Shown here: positions 17,726-27,511 of the stretch, one piece after another
Position numbering within the stretch: the first letter of the stretch is position 1
Layout: every line of letters starts with the position of its first letter
Assembly (NCBI GenBank): GCA_040384285.1
Contig: JAZKJN010000006.1
Span: forward strand, 46,709 to 110,708
DNA length: 64,000 nt
Origin: Patescibacteria group bacterium
GTDB taxonomy: Bacteria > Patescibacteriota > Minisyncoccia > Phycocordibacterales > PALSA-1337
Reading direction: 5' to 3'
The notes under the pieces: generated by a model
Seen by the model: the letters and a program-made list of their open reading frames with translations, nothing else
Database searches by the model: none
What the model was told of the DNA's origin: nothing
Made by a program: the position numbers and the translations under genes

Positions 17726-18646
17726 CTATTCTTTGAAAAATTCCATAAATCGCATAGGGTCAATCGAAACACCGTTCAAACGGATTGTCATATGTAAATG
17801 AGGTGATTCCGCATATCCCGTATCGCCCGAAAGACCTATAGGCTGACCTTTTTTTATACTGTCCCCCTCTTTGAGATCGCGTCGAGAAAGATGCATGTAA
17901 AATGTATGCACGCCAAGTCCATGGTCTACGACGATCGTGTTGCCGTAGATAGTATAGAGGCGAGAGATGCGCACAATACCATCATTCATAGCAAAGACTT
18001 GAGTGCCTTTTGGTGCACGTAGATCAGTCCCCTTGTGGACAATTGTCGACTGCCCCGTGGCTCTATTGTATCCATAGTCATCAGTCACAGTTACAGATTC
18101 AAGAGGAAAACGAAAGGCCTCATCCCATAATATTTTGTTTTCAGTTTGGACTTGGGCGAGTTCTGCATTTTCTTTTGCAAGATTGCTGATGACGTTTTTC
18201 TCTCCCGCAGGAGTATTGCCTCCAAGCTTTTCAGGAATTCCCAAAGGAGCTTCGATCTTTGGACGTTCATTCACGCGTATCGCCTCTGAGCTCGTTGCTC
18301 CGCTCTCCCAGGTAAGCAAGAGATGATATGTTCCAGGTTTTTCGGTAAAATCCACGGGGATCAAAACTCGTGATTGACCCTTATATACAAAAGTAGGAAC
18401 TTTTTTACTTTTATACACAACTTCTTCAGGTACTTCGGAAAAAGAAACCATCACCGGATCACCTTGGATGATATGGGTAGGAAGAATTTCTACAGTCGGT
18501 GCAGGCACGACAACTGGTGCAGGAATCTCGGGAACCACTACTACTTCTTTGGGCTCGGGAACAACTTCTTTTTTAGGCATATCAAAAGAAAGAGCGTATA
18601 CAGCGATTCCTCCGAGAATTACAATAGCAATGAGTGTTTTAAACAT
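17726..18646 (-). CDS. M23 family metallopeptidase (LytM-like).
   Basis: HKGTDLRAPKGTQV...NTIVVDHG...GDTGYAESPHLHMTI. These are the M23 HxxxD / HxH motifs. Confidence 0.8.
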   Translation of the reverse strand: MFKTLIAIVILGGIAVYALSFDMPKKEVVPEPKEVVVVPEIPAPVVVPAPTVEILPTHIIQGDPVMVSFSEVPEEVVYKSKKVPTFVYKGQSRVLIPVDFTEKPGTYHLLLTWESGATSSEAIRVNERPKIEAPLGIPEKLGGNTPAGEKNVISNLAKENAELAQVQTENKILWDEAFRFPLESVTVTDDYGYNRATGQSTIVHKGTDLRAPKGTQVFAMNDGIVRISRLYTIYGNTIVVDHGLGVHTFYMHLSRRDLKEGDSIKKGQPIGLSGDTGYAESPHLHMTIRLNGVSIDPMRFMEFFKE

Positions 18647-18679
18647 GAAATGATTCTGTAAATAGATTATACTACATAT

Positions 18680-19612
18680 ATGAAGAAGCTTGATTCTAAA
18701 TGGTTTACGATCAAATATTTAGTAGCCTATGGTTTTGCTCTTGTAGCAATCGCCTTTGTTACCCTTGCCTCATATAGCTATGCACAATTATCTCATTTGC
18801 GTGATGATGTATCTCTTCTCACAGCACATATTTCAAGCCTGGAACTCACACTTGCTTCGACCACAGGAACTCTTGCAGAAAATATTACACAAACACGCTC
18901 TTCCCTTTCAGATGCACTCATCGAAGCAGAGAAAAATGCAAACAATCTTGAAAAACAATTAGGAAAGTTTCAGAAAGAGGTAGGTAATATTTCCGGAACT
19001 GTGGATGATCTTGAGAAACTCTCAAAAACCGATCCAGAACTTTTGCAAAAGTATTCAAAAGTATTTTTCTTGAACGAGCATTACTCCCCTCCTCGCCTCG
19101 CAGAGATTCCTGATTTTTACGAATACATTGAAGAAAGAACAACAAAGATCCATGAGTCAGTCTGGCCGTACCTCAAAGAGATGATCGATGACGCAGGAAA
19201 AGACAATGTAAAAATATATGTCTCATCTGGATTCCGATCTTTCAACGAACAAGGTGCACTCAAGGGAGCGTATACCGTGACCTACGGAAGTGGTACTGCA
19301 AACCAGTTTTCTGCAGATCAGGGATATTCTGAACACCAGCTTGGAACAACTGTTGATCTCATCACGGGAGGACTGAACGGAAGTCTCGATGGTTTCGAAA
19401 AGACACCTGCCTACACCTGGCTTCTTGCTAATGCCTACAAGTATGGTTTTGTCCTCTCATATCCGCAGAACAACGGATACTATGTCTTTGAACCATGGCA
19501 CTGGAGATTTGTGGGGGTAAAGCTTGCTACCTATCTCAAGAAGCAAGGAAAAAACTTCTACGACCTCGACCAGAGAGTAATCGATACCTATCTTATTTCA
19601 GTATTTGAGTAA
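18680..19612 (+). CDS. M15-family D-alanyl-D-alanine carboxypeptidase (VanY-like).
   Basis: SGFRSFNEQ, SEHQLGTTVD and EPWHWRFVG motifs. N-terminal TM anchor. Confidence 0.75.
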   Translation: MKKLDSKWFTIKYLVAYGFALVAIAFVTLASYSYAQLSHLRDDVSLLTAHISSLELTLASTTGTLAENITQTRSSLSDALIEAEKNANNLEKQLGKFQKEVGNISGTVDDLEKLSKTDPELLQKYSKVFFLNEHYSPPRLAEIPDFYEYIEERTTKIHESVWPYLKEMIDDAGKDNVKIYVSSGFRSFNEQGALKGAYTVTYGSGTANQFSADQGYSEHQLGTTVDLITGGLNGSLDGFEKTPAYTWLLANAYKYGFVLSYPQNNGYYVFEPWHWRFVGVKLATYLKKQGKNFYDLDQRVIDTYLISVFE

Positions 19613-19672
19613 TCCCCCTTTATCTTTCTAATCGTGCTACACTGAGACTCTTATTCCCTTAATTAAAATACT

Positions 19673-19837
19673 ATGAGTTCAATGACATGCACACAATGCG
19701 GAGGCGAAGTGAAGCCAAACGAAGCAGGAGGAGTAATGAAATGCGAAGGATGTGGATGCGAGGTAAAAGTTGAAGCAACAGTGGCTACACCAGAAGCAGA
19801 AGTTCCAGCTGCTACTCCCGTAGAACCAACTGTGTAA
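19673..19837 (+). CDS. Small zinc-ribbon protein (54 aa).
   Basis: MSSMTCTQCGGEVKPNEAGGVMKCEGCGCEVKV... with a CxxC-x13-CxxC arrangement. A terminator follows. Confidence 0.4.
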   Translation: MSSMTCTQCGGEVKPNEAGGVMKCEGCGCEVKVEATVATPEAEVPAATPVEPTV

Positions 19838-19864
19838 TACACATTTAGTATCCTCAATAAAAAA

Positions 19865-19890
19865 ACCGTGGCTTTCACCGCGGTTTTTTG
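19865..19890 (+). terminator. Intrinsic terminator.
   Basis: accgtgg-ctttca-ccgcggt followed by a T6 tract. Confidence 0.5.
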
Positions 19891-19911
19891 TTGCCTTTGT
19901 GGATATTTTGG

Positions 19912-20403
19912 TTAGATCGTCTCCATCTTTTCAATTTTTGTAAAGATCATTGTACCCTCACCACCTTCAAGCATGAGTGATAGATTCCCATCGGTGAGCG
20001 TGAAGCTCTGAACTTTTGCGAGTTCTCCGGTAAATTCTGCTTCTTGTGATCCCTCACAGTACATCTTTGTCATAGCAAAGGGACCAAAGGTGAGAATGCC
20101 TTCTGTACCCACCATATATATTCCAGAGAAATTGTTGCAATCAGTTGTTCCTGAAACCTGTGTATCAGAGGCGAGTGTAATGGTAAATTTTCCGGGAACT
20201 TTTGGAGCTGTCGTTGATCCTGTAGAAAGGACTGTCTTTTCCCACACCCATTCTTTGTCTGCAACGAGAGAAATATCTATCGGAGGAGTACTGCCTGCAG
20301 GAAGCTTTGGAGTTACTTCATCTTGTTTCGGCTTGAGAAATACAATTGCGAGAACGGCGAGGATAATGAGGATAACAACACGAATGATTATTTTTGATGT
20401 CAT
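19912..20403 (-). CDS. META-domain (HslJ-like) lipoprotein/secreted protein.
   Basis: Two-Cys pattern and a FTLTDGNLSLM-like segment typical of META/DUF306. The start is chosen at MTSKII. Confidence 0.55.
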   Translation of the reverse strand: MTSKIIIRVVILIILAVLAIVFLKPKQDEVTPKLPAGSTPPIDISLVADKEWVWEKTVLSTGSTTAPKVPGKFTITLASDTQVSGTTDCNNFSGIYMVGTEGILTFGPFAMTKMYCEGSQEAEFTGELAKVQSFTLTDGNLSLMLEGGEGTMIFTKIEKMETI

Positions 20404-20426
20404 AGGGGTATAGTATACCAAAAACT

Positions 20427-20960
20427 TTATTCTCGAGGTAGATTTGACTCCCCTTCAAAATTCACTGCAACTTCCCCGAAGCGCATGCTTGGGACATCAA
20501 GCTTGAGCCAGAGACTCTTTCCATGAGATGGAGAAGTGGTGAAAGGTTCGTTTGGGAGACGTTCTGCATAGTTTATGACGACAATTCCTGGATGTACCCC
20601 TGGCTCTGTGGTCTGTGGAGCAATACGATCACCAAGAAGCACTGCATCGGTTCCCACGTATCCATCTGAAGTCTTTACCGCTCCGACGACATAGTAGAAG
20701 GTTCCGCTACCTCCCGGAGAATATGTGATGAGAAAAATCTTGTCTTCAACCCCATCGAGATCAAGATCGATTGCAAGTTCATTGCCAAAGTATTGTATAT
20801 CTCCCCCAATTGTTGCCCGTGCGCCATCAAGAAAAAATTCTGTTTCCTTATAATCAGTGGCGACAGGAGCTTGTTTTTCATTGTAAATATAACTATTAAA
20901 TGCAAAGAAGGCTCCTATGATAATCCCAAGTATGAGCACAATTATGATGAGTTTTTTCAT
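20427..20960 (-). CDS. Secreted hypothetical protein.
   Basis: N-terminal signal/TM segment. 177 aa. Confidence 0.45.
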   Translation of the reverse strand: MKKLIIIVLILGIIIGAFFAFNSYIYNEKQAPVATDYKETEFFLDGARATIGGDIQYFGNELAIDLDLDGVEDKIFLITYSPGGSGTFYYVVGAVKTSDGYVGTDAVLLGDRIAPQTTEPGVHPGIVVINYAERLPNEPFTTSPSHGKSLWLKLDVPSMRFGEVAVNFEGESNLPRE

Positions 20961-21019
20961 ATGCTTAGTGTAGCAAGTAAAGTGATTTTTGAAAATAAAA
21001 AAAGAAAGTATCGCTACTT

Positions 21020-21682
21020 TCAGTTGCGTCGAGCCTGGAGGAAGGGGTTAAGTTCCCTTCGGATCTGGCTGGTGAGAAGTTTCATTCCTAAGGCACTCAG
21101 GTGAAGTTTGTCGCCAAAGTCATACTCCGGACGAAGCGCGCCGTCCGAGCCAAGATATCGCGCATCGATGAAGCGTACGCGTGGGAGTTTGAGAATCTCC
21201 GCGTTCAGCGCATCGATCTTTTGCATAGGAAACTGGCTTGTAGGAAGAATGAGTACCACAAAGATGGGGACGTTTGTCGGGATTGCATCAATTATTTCTT
21301 TCAAAGCCTTGATGCTTCCCTGCCTCGAGACTCCGTGGTGCACATCGTTGACCCTGCCGTTTATGACGACGGCACGGGCATTTGAAAGCGAGTGGTAGTC
21401 CCTGACACGCCGAGCAAGTCCGAGGGAGTCTTCTCCGCCGATGCTGTAGTTTACTGCGGGACTGACAATCGAGTTTTCCTGCATTCGCGAGAACATACTG
21501 TCGCCGAGGAATACCACCGCATTCTCCGGAGCGTTTTTGTCCGCTTCCGCAAAGACACGACAGTCTGAACATTTCTCGGGACCACCAATGCTCACGAACA
21601 CTTTCTGAGAGAATTTTGAAGTAGCGAGGAAAAAGAGGAAGCCGACTGAGGCCACAGCCCAAAGGATTGGATTTGTTTTCAT
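21020..21682 (-). CDS. SGNH/GDSL hydrolase.
   Basis: VVFLGDSMF catalytic Ser block. Signal peptide present. Confidence 0.65.
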   Translation of the reverse strand: MKTNPILWAVASVGFLFFLATSKFSQKVFVSIGGPEKCSDCRVFAEADKNAPENAVVFLGDSMFSRMQENSIVSPAVNYSIGGEDSLGLARRVRDYHSLSNARAVVINGRVNDVHHGVSRQGSIKALKEIIDAIPTNVPIFVVLILPTSQFPMQKIDALNAEILKLPRVRFIDARYLGSDGALRPEYDFGDKLHLSALGMKLLTSQIRRELNPFLQARRN

Positions 21683-21731
21683 AGTTGCAAGCTTTCTCCT
21701 TGCATCCTATCAAAGTCTCGGAGGGAGTCAA

Positions 21732-22157
21732 TTAACCTTTACTCACCATTCGCTTTTTCATGTAGATATGTCCCAGGTACGTAAAGACGATAAACATTGG
21801 CAATGCAATGACAGTAAAGAATACATCATGTCCGATTGCTATGTTGTTGAGAAGCCCGAGGATGGTAAGAATGATTCCTACTCTCAATGAAAGTCTGTAG
21901 GTTGATTCTTTTGAGAGGTATGTTGTCACACAACCTGCCTTGAATGCTCCGAGTACCCATCCGACAAAGACCAGAATGTACGCAACCCAAGGAAGAGATG
22001 CTGTGAAGGCGTGGACAGCTTCTACATTTCGTATATCGAGATCTGTGGGAAGTGGGTAGAAGATGGAGTTGATAAATTCACAGATCATCATGACCACAAA
22101 TGCAGTGAGGAGTCCCGCAACCACCGGCCAGAGCTTTGTTTTTAAAAATGTTTTCAT
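21732..22157 (-). CDS. Membrane protein.
   Basis: 141 aa with 4 TM segments. Confidence 0.45.
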   Translation of the reverse strand: MKTFLKTKLWPVVAGLLTAFVVMMICEFINSIFYPLPTDLDIRNVEAVHAFTASLPWVAYILVFVGWVLGAFKAGCVTTYLSKESTYRLSLRVGIILTILGLLNNIAIGHDVFFTVIALPMFIVFTYLGHIYMKKRMVSKG

Positions 22158-22553
22158 GGGAGAAGTATAGCAATGAGCAGAGTAAATAAAAAGCGCGATG
22201 GGAACCCTCCCACCACGCCTGATGACTTAGCGACCTTGACTCGCTTGATGCTCTTTATAAGCCTTCCATGCCTCTTCGTACCTCGCGCGCTGTCTCGGTG
22301 TAAGCTCCTTGAGACCGTCTTCTACTTCGCGCAAAGCTCTGGCATGGAGCAGTTCAAGTTCTTCTTTCGACATGTTTGACATGCGACGATTGGACCTGAC
22401 TACTGCCTGGTTCAGCTTGTGTTTTCTTCTCCAACGATTCGACAGAAACTGCCAACTGGATCACAGACCCAGCGCGACAATTTCTGCATAGTTTGTGTAT
22501 TCATTTTTCACCTCCTTTCTTTGGATACGTTCTGGGGAAATTGTAGCATACCT

Positions 22554-22943
22554 CTATTTAATCCTCTCCAACTTCCCTTTTCTCTTCACAATATTTTTGT
22601 AATCCCACTGAATATCTCGTGATTTTTTGAGCCAGCGTGCGAGGTCTTCTGTATTGATCTGGTCTACGGAAGTATATCGAGCTTGGGCTGCTTTGAAACT
22701 TCCCTCAGTTTCCAAACCCTCTTCTTCAAAAGATTGACCGCTCCAAAAGAGTAGCTGAACAGATTCTTTGAGTTTTGCGTAACCTGCAACAGGATTGCCA
22801 TCAAGAAACCACACAGGATGTCTGTGCCAGATTTTGTTTTCTGCTTCAGGAAGAGCTTTGGTGATTTCGGTAGCAAGAAGATCACAGATTTCTCTGTTTT
22901 CTTTGGTGAGGGCTTTGTTGTAGGTGGTGATGTCGGGGTTCAT
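22554..22943 (-). CDS. DUF1801 (YdhG-like) domain protein.
   Basis: 129 aa. The KIWHRHPVWFLDGNPVAGY segment is characteristic. Confidence 0.55.
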   Translation of the reverse strand: MNPDITTYNKALTKENREICDLLATEITKALPEAENKIWHRHPVWFLDGNPVAGYAKLKESVQLLFWSGQSFEEEGLETEGSFKAAQARYTSVDQINTEDLARWLKKSRDIQWDYKNIVKRKGKLERIK

Positions 22944-22953
22944 GGTGCTGTAA

Positions 22954-24183
22954 CTATATTGTTTTTTCTTGAGTAGGCTTCACTTTCTGCAATACAAAAA
23001 GACTTATGACGAGAAGGAGCATCAGAGAGAACAGTCCCACCTGATATCCCCGCACCCCTTCTCCTACAGTTATGAGGGCGAGGCTCCAGATCAAAGGTCC
23101 TACAAATGTTGCAAATCTTTCAGCAACGACATAGTAGCTATATGAGGAAGAAAGAAGATTTGGAGGTGCAAGCTCTCCCACCAAGGCCCGACTGATTCCC
23201 CAGACCGGACCGAAAAGTATTCCGGCGAAGAGAAAGATGACGACAAGAACCTTGAAGCTTGATACGAATATCATAGCAAGGAATATAAAGCACCAGATCA
23301 CCAAAATTGTTTTCAAAACTTTTAATTTGCCTTTTTTATCAGCGATTTTTCCAAATATGACGGCTCCGAGTGCTGCAAGAATGAGAATGCTTGCAGTGAG
23401 AATTGATTTTGTTGTGTCAGTGGCATGATGAACTGTTTCGAGATACAGCGGAAAATTGTTGGCAAAGGTGAGCATGGCATCACTAAAGAGGAAGTATGCG
23501 AGCAAGAGAAATGCCAGTGGCTTATATTTCAACAAATTTTTGAGCAAAGAAAGAGGATGGGCTCGGAGCGTATCTTCAGACAGAGCGACGACAGGATCAG
23601 TGTTTTCCCGATAGAAAAGAAGCATAGGTAATACCAGGAGCCCAAAGATAATTGTTGCTGGAAAAAGAGCTTGGGCTCTGCCTGGATCTCCAAACAAAGT
23701 AATCCCATTTACAAACGGAAGCGTAATCAAAATTCCTATCACCTGTCCTATTGAGTTTGCCCCTTGGCCGATACCTGAGACGAGTGAGCGATTTTTTTCG
23801 TTTGAAAGATCATTGAGCATCGGCGTAAAGTACAAGAAACAGAGAAGGTACACGTAGGTAGTGAGCGTATACAAAATAGTAACAAAAAGTTCTAAACCAT
23901 CAGTGAGTGTGGCAAAAAGAGATGTAGCGAGAAATCCCGTAAAACAGAGAGCTGTGCACAGTCGGAGACCTCCGATCTTTCTGCGAGTAATATCCACCTT
24001 CTTACTTACCCATGGTGCAGTGAGGATAAAGAGGAGAGAAGAAATAATGAGAGCAACGTTGTACCACCAGGCAGGCTTGCCCTGATCGATCACCAACCAC
24101 TGAGAGAAGTAGAAAAGAAACGCGATAAGAACGATAGAGTTTGCAAAGTCGTAGAGTGACCACAGGAAGACTTTTTTGTTCAT
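22954..24183 (-). CDS. MFS transporter.
   Basis: About 410 aa with 12 TM segments. The start is chosen at MNKKVFLWSLYDF rather than the upstream ATG at 24270. Confidence 0.75.
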   Translation of the reverse strand: MNKKVFLWSLYDFANSIVLIAFLFYFSQWLVIDQGKPAWWYNVALIISSLLFILTAPWVSKKVDITRRKIGGLRLCTALCFTGFLATSLFATLTDGLELFVTILYTLTTYVYLLCFLYFTPMLNDLSNEKNRSLVSGIGQGANSIGQVIGILITLPFVNGITLFGDPGRAQALFPATIIFGLLVLPMLLFYRENTDPVVALSEDTLRAHPLSLLKNLLKYKPLAFLLLAYFLFSDAMLTFANNFPLYLETVHHATDTTKSILTASILILAALGAVIFGKIADKKGKLKVLKTILVIWCFIFLAMIFVSSFKVLVVIFLFAGILFGPVWGISRALVGELAPPNLLSSSYSYYVVAERFATFVGPLIWSLALITVGEGVRGYQVGLFSLMLLLVISLFVLQKVKPTQEKTI

Positions 24184-24221
24184 GAGGAAAGTATAGCAAT
24201 TTAAAGATATTTTGCGAGGTT

Positions 24222-24258
24222 TAAGAAAATAAAACACTCCCAGACTGCCGAGTCTGGG
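24222..24258 (-). promoter_or_regulatory. Terminator-like hairpin plus U-tract in the MFS leader (attenuator / riboswitch expression platform candidate).
   Basis: Perfect 8 bp stem cccagact/agtctggg with a 4 nt loop, followed on the minus strand by GUGUUUUAUUUUCUU. It lies about 40 nt upstream of the MFS ATG. Confidence 0.45.
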
Positions 24259-24435
24259 AGGTGGCCACAACTGCTACTGATGATTGCCAGACATCAGCAC
24301 TCCTTGCATGGAGACTACCAAGTCAGAGTTACGAGGCAATCCCTCTGGTTAAGTCAAAATATATCAGCAAGCCAGAATGCCGACAGGGTGATGATAGCAC
24401 GAAGTATTACGGCGGTACAAGAAATTTAAAAGGGC

Positions 24436-24468
24436 AACAAAAAAACGCCGTCTGCAAAGACGGGCGCG
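24436..24468 (-). terminator. Intrinsic terminator of the 24493..24789 gene.
   Basis: Minus strand reads cgcccgtctttgcagacggcg followed by a T7 tract. Confidence 0.5.
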
Positions 24469-24492
24469 TTAGGAAAAGTTGGAGGAAAAAGA

Positions 24493-24789
24493 TTATTCAG
24501 ACAAAACAATCACTCGATTTGGATTGCCACGAGAATTTTGAACCCTTTGACCGGCAATATTCAAGCTCGTGATCCAGGCATCGGCTTGGGCGTTGGCAGC
24601 AATTTCCTCTGGAGTAAGAGCGGAGACGATCAATTGAAGATGACTTCCGTCACCAGAAGCAGAGCCAATTAATCCTGTGCCGTCATAACGACAGAAGAGT
24701 GCTCTGTTGGCCTGGTGATCTTCGGGGGTCTCGGCGGTGTAGTCAATAACCATTGTTCCATCGGGGTGGAGTGACAATTGTGTTTTCAT
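24493..24789 (-). CDS. Hypothetical protein.
   Basis: ORF with an internal start at MKTQLSLHPDGTMVIDYTAE... Confidence 0.4.
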   Translation of the reverse strand: MKTQLSLHPDGTMVIDYTAETPEDHQANRALFCRYDGTGLIGSASGDGSHLQLIVSALTPEEIAANAQADAWITSLNIAGQRVQNSRGNPNRVIVLSE

Positions 24790-24854
24790 ACGTAAAAGGT
24801 GTGCAGGTTGTTTCACCAACACAATACAACATATATCTAGGTATTGCAAATCAT

Positions 24855-25784
24855 CTACTTCACCGCATCCTCAAGTTTCTTGATATCAAACTTCTTCATC
24901 TGCAAAAAGGCCTTTGTGAGTTTTTTGATTTTTTCCTGATCTCCACTTGCCATCACTTCATCCATCATAGTTGGCACGATCTGCCATGAGACACCAAACT
25001 TATCCTTGAGCCATCCACATTGTTCTGACTCAGGCACATGAGAAAGCTTGTTCCAATAGTAGTCGATCTCTTCCTGGTTCTCACAATTGACGATGAATGA
25101 GACTGCTTCATTGAACGCAAAGTCGTGCGACCCCGGTCCATCCATAGCAGCAAACCATTGTTCAGCAAGTTTGTAGTCGGTAAACATCACTGTACCTTCT
25201 GTATGAGGATCTATACCTGCGGGATAGAGGGCGAGAGTACCTCGTTGTGCTTCTTCTTTTGCGTCCTTGAAAACAGAAAGGTAAAAGTCAGTAGCTTCCT
25301 TGGCCTTGCCATAGGCAGTGTTTGCAAAAAGAAGTGCAGGAATGATCTGTGGTCGCTCTTCTCCAGAAGGATTAGTGAGGATCAACTGCCAGCTCAATCC
25401 GTATTTGTCCTCTATCCAGCCGTAACGCTCGCTGAAAGGATACTTGTCGAGTGGCATGAGTGCCTTTCCTCCTTCAGACAACTTTTCCCATACGAGGTCG
25501 AGATTCTTTTTTGCATCTGCGTCTTTTGAAGGATCAAAGTTCACCATCATCGAAATCGATGGATTGAATTTAAAATATGGTCCTGCACTGATTGCCTGAA
25601 ATGGAGTTCCTGCAAGTTCGAAAGAAACAATGTCGCAATCCCCCGATGGAGTATCAGTGATTTTTGAAATGGTACCGATTTTTGACGGTAGATTTGAATA
25701 GGGAAAAAGAGAGGTGTAGAAGTTTGCAGCCTCTATCGCCTGTGTATCAAACCAAAGATGGGTTGTTATCTTTTTCTTGTTCAT
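24855..25784 (-). CDS. VOC/PhnB-like (glyoxalase fold, PF06983-type) two-domain protein.
   Basis: THLWFDTQAIEAANFYTSLF and a duplicated domain with KYGLSWQL / KFGVSWQI. Confidence 0.65.
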   Translation of the reverse strand: MNKKKITTHLWFDTQAIEAANFYTSLFPYSNLPSKIGTISKITDTPSGDCDIVSFELAGTPFQAISAGPYFKFNPSISMMVNFDPSKDADAKKNLDLVWEKLSEGGKALMPLDKYPFSERYGWIEDKYGLSWQLILTNPSGEERPQIIPALLFANTAYGKAKEATDFYLSVFKDAKEEAQRGTLALYPAGIDPHTEGTVMFTDYKLAEQWFAAMDGPGSHDFAFNEAVSFIVNCENQEEIDYYWNKLSHVPESEQCGWLKDKFGVSWQIVPTMMDEVMASGDQEKIKKLTKAFLQMKKFDIKKLEDAVK

Positions 25785-25794
25785 ATTTTCTATA

Positions 25795-26250
25795 TTATCT
25801 CTCCGCCACCACCTTCAATATCTCGAGGGCCTTTGGCCACATACCATTGAATTCGTCTTTCATTTCATCCACAATGTCTACATCCACTTTCACTTCAGTT
25901 CCCCCATCCTTTTCTATGAATGTGTAGTTTTCAAAAGACGGCGTCCACTTTTTCACCATATCACTTGTTGTATCGATCACACCATCTTGGATCATCCCAA
26001 CATGCTCGATAGAGATAAATTCATGCGGACGATTGACCCGCACCATACTATACATACCTCCCGCATTCGGCTTTCCGTTATCATCACAGCCAAGAAACTT
26101 CATCGCAGACCCCGCCTCCCAGTTTCCCTCAAAATATGAGCCGGGATTAAAAGGCTTTGTCCATTCACGGTATGAAGCATCATCGAGCATCGCATGCCAG
26201 ACTTTTTCTCGAGGAGCATTGATAAAAATTGAAAAATGTAATGTTGTCAT
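25795..26250 (-). CDS. SRPBCC / AHSA1-like protein.
   Basis: FINAPREKVWHAMLDDASYREWT. Confidence 0.65.
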   Translation of the reverse strand: MTTLHFSIFINAPREKVWHAMLDDASYREWTKPFNPGSYFEGNWEAGSAMKFLGCDDNGKPNAGGMYSMVRVNRPHEFISIEHVGMIQDGVIDTTSDMVKKWTPSFENYTFIEKDGGTEVKVDVDIVDEMKDEFNGMWPKALEILKVVAER

Positions 26251-26330
26251 ATGTATTTTTTAATATATATGTTGTAAGTATAGTAGATGACGTGGTGAGG
26301 GGCAATGGGTTACGGGGAAATTATTGATAA

Positions 26331-26690
26331 TTATTTTAGAGGAATTAAATTGGCCAAATGGAACGAAAGTGATATGAACAAAACAATCGTTACAAATGTA
26401 AAGAATGTCCACCAATAAAATATTCGATCCCATTGTTTCTCATCAAGGTTAAATCTAGAAAATAATTCAGGACTCTTGTCCCTAAAAAAACTTATGTTTT
26501 TGAAAAAGATGTAGATTATAAACAGAGAACAAATTAAAAATATTAGATCACTCCTAGAATCACTGTCTTTGAGAAAAACTGAAGAAAAAGTTAGGAGTGA
26601 AAGTATTTGAATTAAATTAGGAATTTCATGTGCCCAACACTCTAGATAGTTTATGTAAATATCGAAAATAGAAGCAGTTGACTTATTCAT
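26331..26690 (-). CDS. Membrane hypothetical protein.
   Basis: 119 aa, hydrophobic. Confidence 0.4.
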   Translation of the reverse strand: MNKSTASIFDIYINYLECWAHEIPNLIQILSLLTFSSVFLKDSDSRSDLIFLICSLFIIYIFFKNISFFRDKSPELFSRFNLDEKQWDRIFYWWTFFTFVTIVLFISLSFHLANLIPLK

Positions 26691-26700
26691 ATTTTTATTT

Positions 26701-26774
26701 TGGCTGCGGGACTTGGAATCGAACCAAGATTCACGGCTTCAAAGGCCGCTGTACTACCATTATACGATCCCGCA
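26701..26774 (-). tRNA. tRNA-Gln (anticodon TTG).
   Basis: Reverse complement folds as a cloverleaf: acceptor TGCGGGA/TCCCGCA, anticodon loop CTTTGAA, T-loop TTCGATT, discriminator G, CCA encoded. Confidence 0.85.
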
Positions 26775-26856
26775 ATGTGTATATAAAGTACATTAAAAAT
26801 CACGAATATTCAAGCCGTTAACGTGGGTTTTATATTAGATCTGCTATAATCTTCTC

Positions 26857-27507
26857 ATGAAAAAGAACGCTATCCTCCCCCTCTCCATTATCATAGTCAT
26901 TGTTGTACTAGGCTCATATGTTTTTAAACCTCAAGAAAAACCTGAGACTCGAATAACTTCGGCCACCTCAACAAGCCCCACACCGATTATCGAAAAGAAA
27001 CCCCTTACACCCGATGAAATAATAATGAATTCAACAATGGTTGTTGTAGGTCCGTATGACAAAGTCCCAGAACTCCATTGTCCCGAAGGTTACGGAGCTA
27101 TCGCAATAGCGGGTAGAAATGACACACGAGCGTGGTGTAGTCCCCTTCCTGCAGTAATAGAGCGACCCGTCTATGGTCTATATGGTAAATATACTACATA
27201 CGAGAGAATAGACGAACGAATCTCATCCGAAGTAAGGACTTGTACGGCTTTCACTGTATACGAAGGGAGCAATGAAAATATCTCGGAATATATCTCAAAG
27301 ATTAAAAGAGGAAATACCGTCAATCATCTCGATAAAGATGGCCGTCTCGTTTTAAATATCAAACCAATCCAACTTCCCCTTGAGGATCATGCGCTTCTTG
27401 TTAATTCCACCTCATCGATCACACTAAAAGTAAGGAGTAGGGTTTTGGAAGGAGGAGATGCAGATGCTTGTGAAAGTTTTGTGGAATTGGTTTCTGTTGA
27501 GAAATAA
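26857..27507 (+). CDS. Secreted hypothetical protein.
   Basis: Signal/TM segment followed by a Cys-containing domain. Confidence 0.45.
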   Translation: MKKNAILPLSIIIVIVVLGSYVFKPQEKPETRITSATSTSPTPIIEKKPLTPDEIIMNSTMVVVGPYDKVPELHCPEGYGAIAIAGRNDTRAWCSPLPAVIERPVYGLYGKYTTYERIDERISSEVRTCTAFTVYEGSNENISEYISKIKRGNTVNHLDKDGRLVLNIKPIQLPLEDHALLVNSTSSITLKVRSRVLEGGDADACESFVELVSVEK

Positions 27508-27511
27508 CTCC

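Noticed and set aside
24184-24440. Assignment of the MFS leader to a known riboswitch class (TPP, FMN, guanidine-I/II/III, fluoride, yybP-ykoY).
   Set aside because: No conserved core motifs of those classes are recognisable. Kept only as an unclassified candidate.
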